From Sphaerodactylus townsendi (taxonomy: Eukaryota), in contig NC_059432.1 in assembly GCF_021028975.2 (NCBI RefSeq), forward strand, positions 7,874,001 to 7,938,000: a stretch of DNA of 64,000 nucleotides. Reading direction: 5' to 3'. A program made the position numbers and the translations under genes. Below, piece after piece: positions 27,889 through 39,099 of this stretch (its first letter is position 1; the number at the start of each line of letters is the position of its first letter). The notes below the pieces were generated by a model, which saw only the letters and a program-made list of their open reading frames with translations, did no database searches and had not been told where the DNA came from.

Positions 27889-28323
27889 CTGATGATGGAG
27901 GCCAGGGGAATACCCAAGCTATCCTCTGAGTGGCAAGGGCTCTTTTGGCCTTGTTGGGGGTCCTCTTCCCGTTCTGTCCAGGGGGCATCTGTGGCTGAAC
28001 TAGTTCCAGAGTCTGGCTCCAGGAGGGCCAAAGGGGCAAAATTCTGCTCTATGAGCTTGGCACTGTCTCGAATTTGTTCTTGCATTTCTGGGGTAAGGGT
28101 AGGGAGGTCAAAGTTGAAATAAGTGCTGTTGTGGGTATGAACAGGAGAGGACAGGATGTCAATGGAATCAAGGCTGGTGTAGGAGGTGCCTTTGGCTCGG
28201 TGGGACTCCATGATGCTCTCGAAATGTTTGCTGAATGAATCCATCCCATCTTTGGATAGGCTGTGGCCCAGGAGGAAGGGCACTGGAGACTTAAGCAGCT
28301 CTTGTGTATGTCTGTCCATGATC
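27889..28323 (-). CDS. PSD: PSD coding exon 4 (435 bp)
   Basis: (CT)n tract then cag|G acceptor; LKSPVPFL...[18 protein letters not shown]...[10 protein letters not shown]...[10 protein letters not shown]; donor AG|GTGAGT, phase 2. Confidence 0.95.
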
Positions 28324-28325
28324 CT

Positions 28326-28386
28326 GAGAGAGAGAGAGAGAGAGAGGGAGAGGGAAAGAGAGGGGGAGAGAGAGGGGGAGAGAGAG
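28326..28386. repeat. (AG)n / (CT)n microsatellite forming the polypyrimidine tract of coding exon 4
   Basis: Directly abuts the AG acceptor at 28324-28325. Confidence 0.9.
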
Positions 28387-28509
28387 GTGAAACTTTTCAA
28401 TAGCCATACCTTCCTCCTCCCCTCTCAGCCAGAAGAGCATCTCAGGGCTGTCCTACACTGACAGCCAACCCTGCCTCCCTTCCAAAATGAGAATAACCAG
28501 TTTATTATG

Positions 28510-28665
28510 TATTGGTGGCAAGGGCCATCAAATCTGAAGGGTTTTCAAGGCAAGGGACATTCAGAGGTGGTTTGCCCTTGTCTGTCTCTGTGAAGTGACC
28601 CTTGATGGTCTCCTACTCAAGTACTAACCAGGGCAGACCCTGCTTAGCTTCTACCATCTAATGTA
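28510..28665 (-). mobile_element. 5S-rRNA-derived SINE remnant (5S-Sauria-like)
   Basis: Reverse complement reads gaagctaagcagggtctgccctggttagtacttgagtaggagacc (5S-like), then ggcaaaccacctctgaatgtcccttgccttgaaaaccc. Confidence 0.6.
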
Positions 28666-28702
28666 GTGGTTCCCACTCTAGGATACACGTACCCCCAGCA
28701 AA

Positions 28703-29891
28703 CAAGGACGTAGGTAAGGGGGGGTTTCTCAGGTTCAACCCCCATTACATGTTTGAAGCTCCGCCCCTGTTTTTGTATTTTTAATGTTTTTTGTTTTTTG
28801 CCTGCAAGGGGCACATTTTTTAGGCTAGCAGCACCAAAATTTCAGGAACTTGTTGGGAGACTCTCCTGCTGATACCACCCAGCTTTGGTGAGGGTTGGTT
28901 CAGGGGGTCCAAAGTTATAGACTCCCAAAAGGGGTGCCCCATCCCCATTGTTTCCAATGGGAGCTAATAGTAGATGGGGCTACCTTAGGTTTAGTGAAGT
29001 TTGGTTCAGTGGGTCCAAATGTATGGACCCACTGAACCAAACTTCACTAAACCTAGGTGGTATCATCAGAAGAGTCTCCTGCTGATACTACCCAGGTTTG
29101 GTGAAGTTTGGTTCAGGGAGGTCCAAAGTGATGGACCCCCAAAGTGGGTGCCCCCATCCCCCATTGTTTCCAATGGGAGCTAATAGTAGACGGAACTACT
29201 CTTTTGAGCGGCCATAACTTTGGATCCTCTGAACCAAACTTCACCAAACCTGGGTGGTATCATCAGGAGAGTCTCCTGAAGATACCCTGAAAGTTTGGTA
29301 GCTTAACAATTGCACCCATGACAGCAGGCACCACCCAAATTTCCCCAGATTCTTCTTTTAAATACACCCCTTTCGGCATGGACTTAAAAGGAGAATCTGA
29401 GGCCCCCAGTTTAAACATTGAAAGTGATGCTGTTTCAGGGTGGGGGATAATCCACCCCAAAACAGCATCACTTTCAATGTTGTTTTAATTGGGGACCCCA
29501 GATTCTCCCTTTAAGGTGGATTTAAAAGAAGAATCTGGGCTCCCTAATGTAAACACCATTGAAAGTGATGCTGTTTGGGGGTGGACTCCAGCATCACAGC
29601 GCCCGCCCATTGGGGGGAACTCAGATTTTGCACTGGGCTCCATTTTCCCTAGCTACACCTCTGCCTGGAGGGGAGGGCTGAAGGAGCTGCCGGCTGCCAG
29701 CTGGGAGCCCACCGGTGGGGGGCGGGGGGGCGGGCGGGGCAGGGGAGTCTGCCATTCCTGGCCTCAGAAAGCTGCTTTTATAAGCACTGAGGTCAGGGGT
29801 GGGGCTTGGGGAGGTGTGGCCACGCCCTGGGGATGGGTGGGGTCATGGCCCTGCCCCTAACCCCCCCTAAAAATCTATACCTGTGTCACTG
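28703..29891 (+). mobile_element. Non-autonomous hAT DNA transposon (family B)
   Basis: TIRs CAAGGACGTAGGTA... and ...TACCTGTGTCACTG; TSD ccagcaaa / ccagcaag (7/8). Confidence 0.85.
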
Positions 29892-31094
29892 CCAGCAAGT
29901 CTGGGCAGCTTTCCCAATCAATTGTGCCGGGATAGATAACATGTCTGTTTTTTCTCATTCAACTCTTCTATGATACCCTCAGCCAGCAAACAGCAGCGGT
30001 GGCTTTGGTGATGCTGGCTTTCAAAGGAGAAAAGCTCCCTGAAGCACTTCCACTCTGGGAAGACGAGCTCCATGATGCCTGCTGTGTTCGGCTCTGACAC
30101 GCACCCAGAGGGCAAGAAATGCCCCCTCTCCCTTTTAGCAAGAGCAGAAGAGCAGGAGGAAGAAGGAAGAGAGAATCCCATCATGTCCCCACCGAGATTT
30201 GCCACGAGATTGGAAATCTGCCGAAACTGCCTCCACACAATGTTTCCCTGAAATGCCAGCATTGTGCAGCAGAGTGTCTGTGATCTGCATTTCCAACCAG
30301 TGTGGCGTGGTGGTCAGGGTTTTAGACGAGGGCCTGGGAGACCCACGTCTGACTTCCCACTCTGCCACGCAAACTGACTGGGTGACCTTCGCCAGTCATA
30401 CGTTCTCAGCCTAACTGTCCTTGTTGGGTTGTTGTGAGGATAAAATGGAGGAGTGGAGAATGGCGTAAGCTGTCATAGGTCCCTATTGTGGAAAAAGATG
30501 GGCTATAAATGAGACAAACAAAGATATAAATAGACTCATCCCTCTCTTACGGCCCAAGATTGAGAAGGGGCCTTAAATGCCTTCTCGTCCACCGCCACCT
30601 CCTTCTCAGAGTAAGAAATCTGAAGCTAGAGCATCCCCTACAAGTGGCTGGCCACGTTCTGCTTGGAGACCTCCAAAAGGAAGAGTCCACCCCCTCCCCT
30701 AGGCAATTATTTCCATTGCTGAACTGATCTTCCTGTTAGGAAGTTTCTCCCAGCATTGAGTCATGGCCTCACGGATATACATTAGATGCAGTCCTGTCCT
30801 CTCCAGCCAGGCAGAAGACATCTTGACCTCTGTCAGAGATAATGATGGAAACCAGCAGGCCTGACAATTTGCTTTAGGATTCAAATGTGCGAAACATGTA
30901 CAAGTTTTACTTTCTCTGCTATCAGCGTCTCATCCTTGGAAAAGAAATACTCAGAAAAATCTCTGAACAAATTGATCTAATAATTCACAGTTTTGATGTG
31001 TACATTTCTATGGGAAATGTCTTCAAAGCCCAGAGAAATGCTCACCTCATACTTGAAAGGTTTTGGCATGGGAATGAGATTCACACAACTGGAT

Positions 31095-31900
31095 TGTGAC
31101 GGAGTAGACAGGGGCAGAAAAGCCAGCATGTAAAGTGACAGGCTGGGAGTGGATCATGGAGTTTTAGGAGGTGTCAGAGTTCAGATGAGATTTGGAGGGG
31201 AATTCAACTCTGAGATCCAGAGGGAAAAGACACGTTTAGTGTCTGCGGAAGCTGGCGGGGACTGCTGGGGTTGCTGGCGGGAACAGAACATTGGGGTGGA
31301 GGAAGCATCCCTCCTCTAGCCAAGAAGGGGAATTTGCTTCTAGAAAGAGAAGAATTCCTAGCCCAGGTTCCTAGAGCAGAGCTAGTTTGTCTTCCGGACA
31401 GAGTGGGGAGAACAGAAGGAGCTGACAAAGTGAGAGAGTTTGTGTCAGAAGGGTGTGTGTGAATTTTACACTGCCTGTGGGAGGAAAATTCCCATTCCAA
31501 GTTCTTTAGAAGGATTTACATCAAATGCTGTGAAGGGAGCCTAAAGTTTAGGAAGTCTGAAGGAAAAGCAATCGGGAGAATACTCTGTATAGTTTCAAGG
31601 ACCAGAATGAACACATGAACCTCACTTGAGTACTCGCTTGGGTTAAATCTGTGAAGCATCTTGAAAGTTTATCTTAAGATTAACTTATTTTAAAGCATTA
31701 AAAACTCTGTGACAAACTAACCATCAGCCATCTGTGCTGAACACTGAAAACAACTTCACATTTGTATATAAAATTGCTTCTTTCCTTGTAACCAACATTC
31801 CCTCCCATACAATCCCCCTGAAGTGTTCAGTAAAATTTTACTATTTATTGGTTAAACTTTGGGAAAGCCTCTTGCATGGTTATCTGAGGTAAAACAGAGA
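31095..31900 (+). mobile_element. Possible solo LTR-like element
   Basis: Starts TGTGAC; purine-rich then AT-rich composition like the block at about 38115-39030. No TSD or 3' CA end confirmed. Confidence 0.25.
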
Positions 31901-32638
31901 GAGGGCTGTTATGCATGCAATGCTTTCCTCGGGGCTCTTTGTTGCACAGTGGGGTTGTAGTGGGTTCTCCACACGTTTCTCCGCTTACATGTGAGGATGT
32001 ACCCTACTGCCTACAATGCGGCTTGCCTGCTAATCTCTCCCAGGGTTTTTGCTTTTCCTGGTTCTGTTAACTCTGCCCATCAACTCACTCTTAAAGGCAC
32101 ACATCTCATCACAGCTGGTAGTCACTGGCTTTGTTAAACCCCAAAAACTGCTGTTATATAGATATTGCTGCTATTTTGATATTTTAGCCCCTTCCCAAAA
32201 ATAATTCCCCCAAATGAAAGAAGCAAAAAACCTCCTTGGACCACACTCTACTGAAGAAGGGACTCATGTCCTAGAATAGATATTCTCCTCCACCACCACC
32301 CCTCGCTTCACACACACACATATACTTCCTACTGCTGCTGCTGACGCAAGAGGAAAGAGAGGCTTGTTATTTCAATATTCCTTAGTATTTCAATATTTCT
32401 GTGTTAGGACTATCATTATTTTGATAGATCTAATATGATACAAATGCTTGAAGTTGAAATAAAGTTCTACAAAGCCCTCCCAATCATCAGAAAGTAGAGC
32501 AGGGGAGGCGGGGTGGATCAAAAAAGCCCAAAGCAAAGAATAATGCAGGGTCATTTCTTTCATCTTCCCTGTGAAGCAGGGGAAAAAGTAGCTTTTTGTC
32601 CGCTCTTACAAACAGCCGAAATTATAGGAACTGCCACG

Positions 32639-32640
<2 letters not shown>

Positions 32641-32710
<70 letters not shown>
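32641..32710. repeat. (GT)n microsatellite
   Basis: 35 perfect GT units. Confidence 0.97.
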
Positions 32711-32712
<2 letters not shown>

Positions 32713-32842
32713 GGTATCCATAACAGAAGCTCTGCTCCAAAAAGAATCCCCCCTCAGTGCGGGGCAGAGCTCTAGTGTATAGCTGGCCAGAAAGTGAAGG
32801 AAAGGGGGAACACCTTATTTCCATAAGCTGGTTTAGTTAAAC

Positions 32843-33008
32843 AAGTGGTTCTCAATCTTCCTAATGCCACGACCCTTTAATACAGTTCCTCATGTTGTGG
32901 TGACCCCCAACCCTAACATTTATCCATTTTACAGATGGAGAACACTGATGCAGAGAGTCTTAGGTGACCCCTGAGAAAGGGTCCTGACCCCCAGGTTGAG
33001 AACCACTG
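32843..33008 (+). mobile_element. SPIN (Space Invader; URR1-like) hAT MITE, 166 bp
   Basis: TIRs (A)AGTGGTTCTCAA... and ...GGTTGAGAACCACTG; body cttcctaatgccacgaccctttaatacagttcctcatgttgtggtgacccccaacc matches the recalled SPIN/URR1 5' end; perfect 8-bp TSD AGTTAAAC (32835-32842 and 33009-33016). Confidence 0.88.
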
Positions 33009-34189
33009 AGTTAAACATTTATTTTAAAGAGAAAAAGGGGCTGGGGAACTGAAGAGAGCCCCCAAAAGGTTAAATAAACACACATAGAAAAGTTGATCAG
33101 GAGTGAAGAAAAGATCTTAGGAGAACGAGAGAATATTCTTGATGGGGAGCAGGGAGGTAGGAATCTTACCCCTTGTGATCCACTGCCTTCACATAAGATA
33201 GCCACACCCAAGACACCCCTGAATCTCTCAGATGTGGGCTGTGTAAGTCTAGCTAATGTTTCTGAAAGCACTTTGGTGAGAATATCAGAAATTGTATTTT
33301 CTGATTTTATTTACATATGCAAGCATATTTTGTATCATCCTTTCATATTTATCCATTTCAATAATGATTTAATGCCATTAAAGGTTTTGAACTGAATGAT
33401 TAGATTGATTGAAAAACACACACCTTAAAAGATAAACTTGAGAGGTCTTTGGCTGGGGCACAAGGTTTTCACTTAACGCCTGAAATAAATAAACTTCTGA
33501 CCTCATTCAGAGGGGTGTAATCTACAGAGATTGGGTGTCGAAGCAAGTAGCCATCTCAGTACAGCTTGTGATTTATAGTGGGACAAGCAAAGAGACCCCT
33601 CCTTAGTGCATGGTTTAAAGGGAACGCTTCTCTTATGGGTGTGTGTGTGTGTGTGTGTGTGTGTGTTAATTTCTTACACCCTCTTCCAAGTGACATCCCA
33701 TCAGCTGTTTGAAAAGCTTGACTGTGGGGAAAAAATTAACTGTGCACATTGAACAGAATTTTCTTCCAAATATGAACACATTACTTTCCAAAAGAGGGTT
33801 TGCGGGGGTCACTTCATATTGCATATGGCACAAAGATCTGTGGGCTGACCGTAGAAGGGAAGAAGGCCTCTTTGGGCTGTACCCAGCTGCTTTTGTCTTA
33901 CACACACACAAACGCATGCTCATTGTGATTCTTCCTCAGCAGGGACGGAATCAGGTGGGGATGGAGGCAATGCAGGACAGAAGGAGGCAATGCACACGTA
34001 CTCCCAAACTGCAACACTAGAAGATGCAGTTTCATGAACAGTAAAACACACACACAAAGCTACACACAACAGGACTTTTTGCCCTGAGTGTCCAATCTCA
34101 GGTTCCTTGAACTCTAATTCTGTTATACAGAAAGTTAAACTGTGATCACTGCCTATGAAAATCTGCTTTATACCAAACACAAAAATAAT

Positions 34190-34740
34190 AATCCAGATAA
34201 TTTTTATCAAATGATGTATCATCGGTATTTGTTCCTGGAGAAATAAAAAAAAGGTTTAAAAATTGCGAACGTGGGCTGGAAATGAAGGGTCGTTTATGGT
34301 GGACATATGATAAAGTTAAAAAGTTCTGGATACAAATACATTCAATAATCCAGAAGATTTTAAAGACTAACAAACAAATGAAAGCAGAGGACTATCATTG
34401 GGTCTTAAGGACAAACAGTTTGAAATAATATACTTACGGAATTTTGTTTTTATATATTACACTGGCAGCAAGAATGTTATATGCACAAAAATAGAAAACT
34501 TCATCTATGTCCACAATAGAAGAATGGTTGGGGAAGATACTGGAATTAACTGAGATGGCTTTTCACTTTTCTCTGGGATACACCTCTGAAGATGCCAGCC
34601 ACAGATGCAGGCGAAACGTTAGGAACAAAATCCACCAGACCACGGCCACACAGCCCGGAAAACCCACCAGAACCAGTTGAATCTGGCCGTGAGTTGAGAT
34701 GGCTAAGTTTACTTTTTTGATTAGAGAAAATATAAACTTT
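34190..34740 (+). mobile_element. L1/Tx1-like LINE 3' remnant with nested Penelope fragment (about 34570-34692)
   Basis: AT-rich remnant reading ...WWTYDKVKKFWIQIH...; Penelope motif ctgaagatgccagccacagatgcaggcgaaacgttagg; gagatggct occurs on both sides of the insert (34551 and 34696). Confidence 0.55.
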
Positions 34741-37304
34741 ATTCTGTAACCAGCCTTGAGTTGCAGCAAGAGAGGTGAACTATAAATAAAAAAAATAAGA
34801 AGTCCAAGGTTTCAGATTTAGTTCTTTAGAATTTTTCTTCTCAGTACTGAAAAGTGGCCCACAGCTTAAAAAAAGGAAGTAAACTGTACTGTGAAGAACT
34901 TTGCACCAAAATTCCAAAATTTTCCTCACATTTCTCACCCATAACCTTTGGCAATCAGGTTGGTTTCTTACTGTTTGTACCCCAGCACTGACCAGTCTGA
35001 TATGCCTTTGGGGTTTCTCCCACATATATCTCCTCCTCCTCCTCCTCATTTGGGATTCATAGATCTCAATATACCAAGAGAGAGCAAGAGAGAGCCAGGA
35101 TGCTGGGCAGGCTGATCTCTATGGGGGTGATCACACTCTGAAATTTCCTGCTCCCAGCAACACGTCAGACAAACTTCCATCTATAGCTTTGGGTGACAGG
35201 TAAATCAAGGCCTTCTGAGTCAGATCAAAATTCTTAATGCACTGAAGCCATTCCTGTTTTCATCAGTGGAGTTAAGATTGCTTTTGAATGAATTTATTTA
35301 CTTTTTTCACTTGGAAATAACCTTGAATTTTTCAGGAGAAAACAAATCAAACCAAGCAGAAAGTATTCTTACATCAGCACAGAGCTGCACAGACAGAAGA
35401 AACCATTTTTTGAATAAGAAGGTGGAAGTCACCCACATTCCCCCTGGGGCACGGCCCCACAGCCAAGGTAATATACATTTAAAACGTATCTGCAACAGTC
35501 CCAGTGACAGAACAAGTCAGCAAGGCAGTGTGAGAACTTGACTATGGAGAGGAGGCCTGGACAGCCAATCTTTTAAAAAATCCATATAACCTACCTTCAG
35601 TCTCACATTAAAGCAGCAAAGAAAAAAAAGACCACCTTTATATAAGACAGAATTCAATTTATAATGGGACATTAGAAAGTCTTGGAAAATTAAGCGGGTA
35701 GACACAGAACAAGAGAGGAGGTGTAATCTGCAGAGGGTGCCCATCTATCTCACACGCAGAATGTCCCGAGAGTGCGTTTGAGGCGCTCAGCTCCCAAGGA
35801 ACACATTTTCTCCTGTGAGACGATGGCAGATGACGCGGGGATGGTGGGAGACGCCAAGAGACACACAGATGGAATCTTCAGGGTCGTGGAAAAGGGTGCT
35901 CACAGCTCTTCTGCTACTGCAAAGAGTGAGAGGGCAGAAGGACGTACAAGGCAATAAAGGCGATAATCCTCTGCAGCTGAGGATATGCTTTCATAGGTAT
36001 TTCTGGTCTCACTGTGGAAGATCTGATCATTAAAAACAGAGAGACAAGTTTGCAGTGGGCATCTTCATTGCATGACTACCTGGCGAGAAGATGGCTGGCA
36101 CCCCAAACCAGACAAGGAAGCTGCTGATAGCACAAGGGATAGATCAACGTCTAGGTCTGTACAATGAACGCTAAAAGATATAACTGTGACATCCTGGAAG
36201 CCAAACTATGGTTGCTTGTTATGAGGCTGAAACCTAGATACTCAAAAGCAGGACAAGGGGAGAGGCTACACGGCCTTTTAGAGAAGGGGAAAAGGAAATG
36301 GCAGGGGGAAGAGAAAATGAGATGCCGGTCACAAGTGCTTGCTCACAGAACAGAACTACACTCTGTTCCAAGTAGGAACCCAAGCTTGGAGGACGTAAAC
36401 CTGGCATCAAGGGGGTTTGGGGGCTACTGCCAAACTAAGTGTACAGGCATTCTGAGGTATCATCTTCTGCTATAAGGCACTACCCAGGCTCAGGGGTATC
36501 CCATGTCCCTGGGTGCACGCCATTTCATCATGTGGGGGGGTGCTGGCCACCAACTGGGTCCCTGCGCACAGCCTCTCTCATGGTACGGCAACCTGGCCGG
36601 GGCTCAGCGGCTCCCCCTGCACCGAGGTGCCATTCGCTGGCCAAGTCGCCTACCATCAAGCCCCGCCCCCAGCATTCCTGCAGGCTGGCTCTTGCCCTCC
36701 CCAGGGAGGCTGGGGAGCCGGTCATGCCCCAGGTGCCATTTTCGCCCAGTACGCCTCTGCCCAGTCTGTTCACTGTATCCTTCCCAAATCAGTGTCTTTT
36801 TCTGCCGCCTTCATGGGCCAGCATTTGTACAGGCATATCCAGTTACTTTGGCCCCATCCCATTACAGCCCCTTCTCCATTGCTGCCTGTCCAGGCCTCTT
36901 CCTTTCTTCCCCTCATCACCCATTATATTTCAGTTTCAACTGGAGAAAAAACTGGAGGTTTTTTGTTTGTTTTTTTGTTTTGTCTTACTATACAAAGTAC
37001 GATTTAGTCCCACAAATTTCTGAGAGTACAATAATAACTGGAGAATTGTGGGCAGCACCACAGAATAGTCAAAACCATGGTCATATGTCTCCCATCACAC
37101 AAAACCTCACTCAGTGCCGCATCCCGTTGGCAGCTGACATTTTCCAGATGACCCCAGCTGAGCCTGGCCTGCCTTTCCCAGATCACAATGTGTAATTGTC
37201 CCGCTAATAAAGCCCTCTGTTACTCTCTGGACCACTGCAAAATAGGCAACATTGCTGACTGCAATTATCGTGCTGGATATGGATCATACTAGAGACACCC
37301 TCAC

Positions 37305-37779
37305 CTCTCTGCTTGCTGCTGTATGGCTTCAAACACCTCATCATCTTCATTGACCTGTATCCCATTTCTCAGACACTTGGCATCATTCTCCAGGTTGTGC
37401 TGAGTAAAAGGGTCCCCCAGAACAATGCTCGCTTTCCCTAAGGTTCCTGTGAAACTATGATTGCTTTCGCTGTCCTTCTGACTCTCAATGGCAGAATCCA
37501 CTTCTTCCTTCTCAGCCAGGATATCATCAATGTTGGTCTCATGGTAGCACCTCAAGGGAACACAGTCCAGGTCAGTCTCAGAATACTTCACTGTTCTCCG
37601 AATGATTCCCGTTTCACAGTTTGCTGGCTTTGGACTTCCTGAAGGATCCATCTCAATTTCAACCTCCACATGACACAAGCTACGCTCTGGCCCCAACCGG
37701 TCTTGCTTCGGTTGTGCTGGGCGGCTGCATTTCTCGAGGACTGGAGATTGAGGAACAGGTTGCTTCTGAGAGGGCATCC
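37305..37779 (-). CDS. PSD: PSD coding exon 3 (475 bp)
   Basis: ttctgttctag|GG acceptor fits phase 1; contains [37 protein letters not shown] and DDEVFEA (PSD motifs); donor AG|GTGAGG, phase 2. Confidence 0.93.
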
Positions 37780-39099
37780 CTAGAACAGAAAGACCCCCTG
37801 GTTACAAAGGCCCCCCAACAGAAGCCACATTTAGATGTGGGTGAGGCTTTGCATGACATGCATGCCACTCCACTGAAAATATTAACACCTCACCATTCTA
37901 GCTTTGTTTCTGTGGAGGCTTATAACCCTAAAAAGCAACTAAGAACATCACCAAACACCAGCTAAAATGGAAAAATAAAAATAAGTCAAAACAGCATCAC
38001 ACTTAAAATTGGGACAATTAAAATTGGGACAACCTTAAGAGTAATCAGCATAACATCAGAAACAGCCTTCTGGGTACTCTTAAGGTTTTCAGAACATTAC
38101 AGCAGAATCCCAAAGGTGTCAAGCAAGATGGCATTCAGTGCCATTAGGAACTGATTCTAGACCTTTGCTTTGGCGGAAGAGATGGGGAGACGGACTGCAC
38201 AGTAAAAGAGAGACTAAAAGTGCAGGTTTGTCTGAAGACAGGATGTTTTACATATCAGAGTGTGGAATAAACTCCTCAGGAACATGGAAGCACTCTGATT
38301 GGGTATGCTCAATATGCTCTGATTGGTCTAGTGACCAGATGACTCAGACAGGCAGGAGGCTTTGTCTCTGGCAGAAAGAGTTTGAGTATGCTCTTGGATT
38401 CTGATTCTCGAGAGTGAACATTTATTGCCATAACTGTGTGTCACGGCTCTGCTCTAAGAGTGTCAGTCAGCACAAGCTATGGAAGCAAATAACGCCAAGA
38501 CAAGGAGAACAGATTGTTTTATTTAGGGGGCAGACTTGCCACAAGTGGCCATGAAGGTAAACAGGGATAGGAACAGATCTTCTGGGAAAGAAAACGTGAG
38601 ATTTATGTTTCAGTTGGGTAGCTAACAAAGTCAAGGCTGGGTGTGTCTACTGTGAAAGGGTACCAGCCTGTTAGGACCCAAGGTCTGTGTTAATCCATTA
38701 ACTAGTAACATCAGTAACATTAAACTGTACCATGTAAAGTAAAAACTTCTAGAACATCTAAGCAAGTGAAACATAAAGCCTAATTAAGATCTGGCCAGAG
38801 CCTGAAAACCAAAGTCTAAGTTGAAGTTGTATATAGTTATCTCTGACTACATTTAAGCTTTCTCCTATCCCATCTCATCTGTTTAATAAATTTTATTTCA
38901 GTTCACTGAACCTGTCTCATTATGATTTGGTGCCTTGATAAGGGGACTTGCCTTAGGTTAAATAAAATGATTCTTCCACCTTCTGAGTTTTAGGGCTGAG
39001 CAATACAGTTATAATCATCTCTCGCTACCATCTGAAACAGCTCACTCACTAAGAAAAGGCGAGAAATCTGACCAGTTCAATCAGATAGAAGCCCTGCTG

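Noticed and set aside
28410-28440. ATG plus strong donor AAG|GTATGG, 86 bp upstream of coding exon 4
   Set aside because: The mini-ORF is 31 nt (phase 1) and would be out of frame with the phase-2 acceptor. It could only be a UTR exon, and nothing supports that.
29918-30262. Minus-strand ORF (MELVFPEWKCF...) in unique intronic sequence as an extra PSD exon
   Set aside because: It ends in a stop codon, I found no phase-2 donor, and there is no recognisable homology.
38115-39030. Second LTR-like block
   Set aside because: TG...CA ends and a TSD could not be established by eye, so it is left unannotated.
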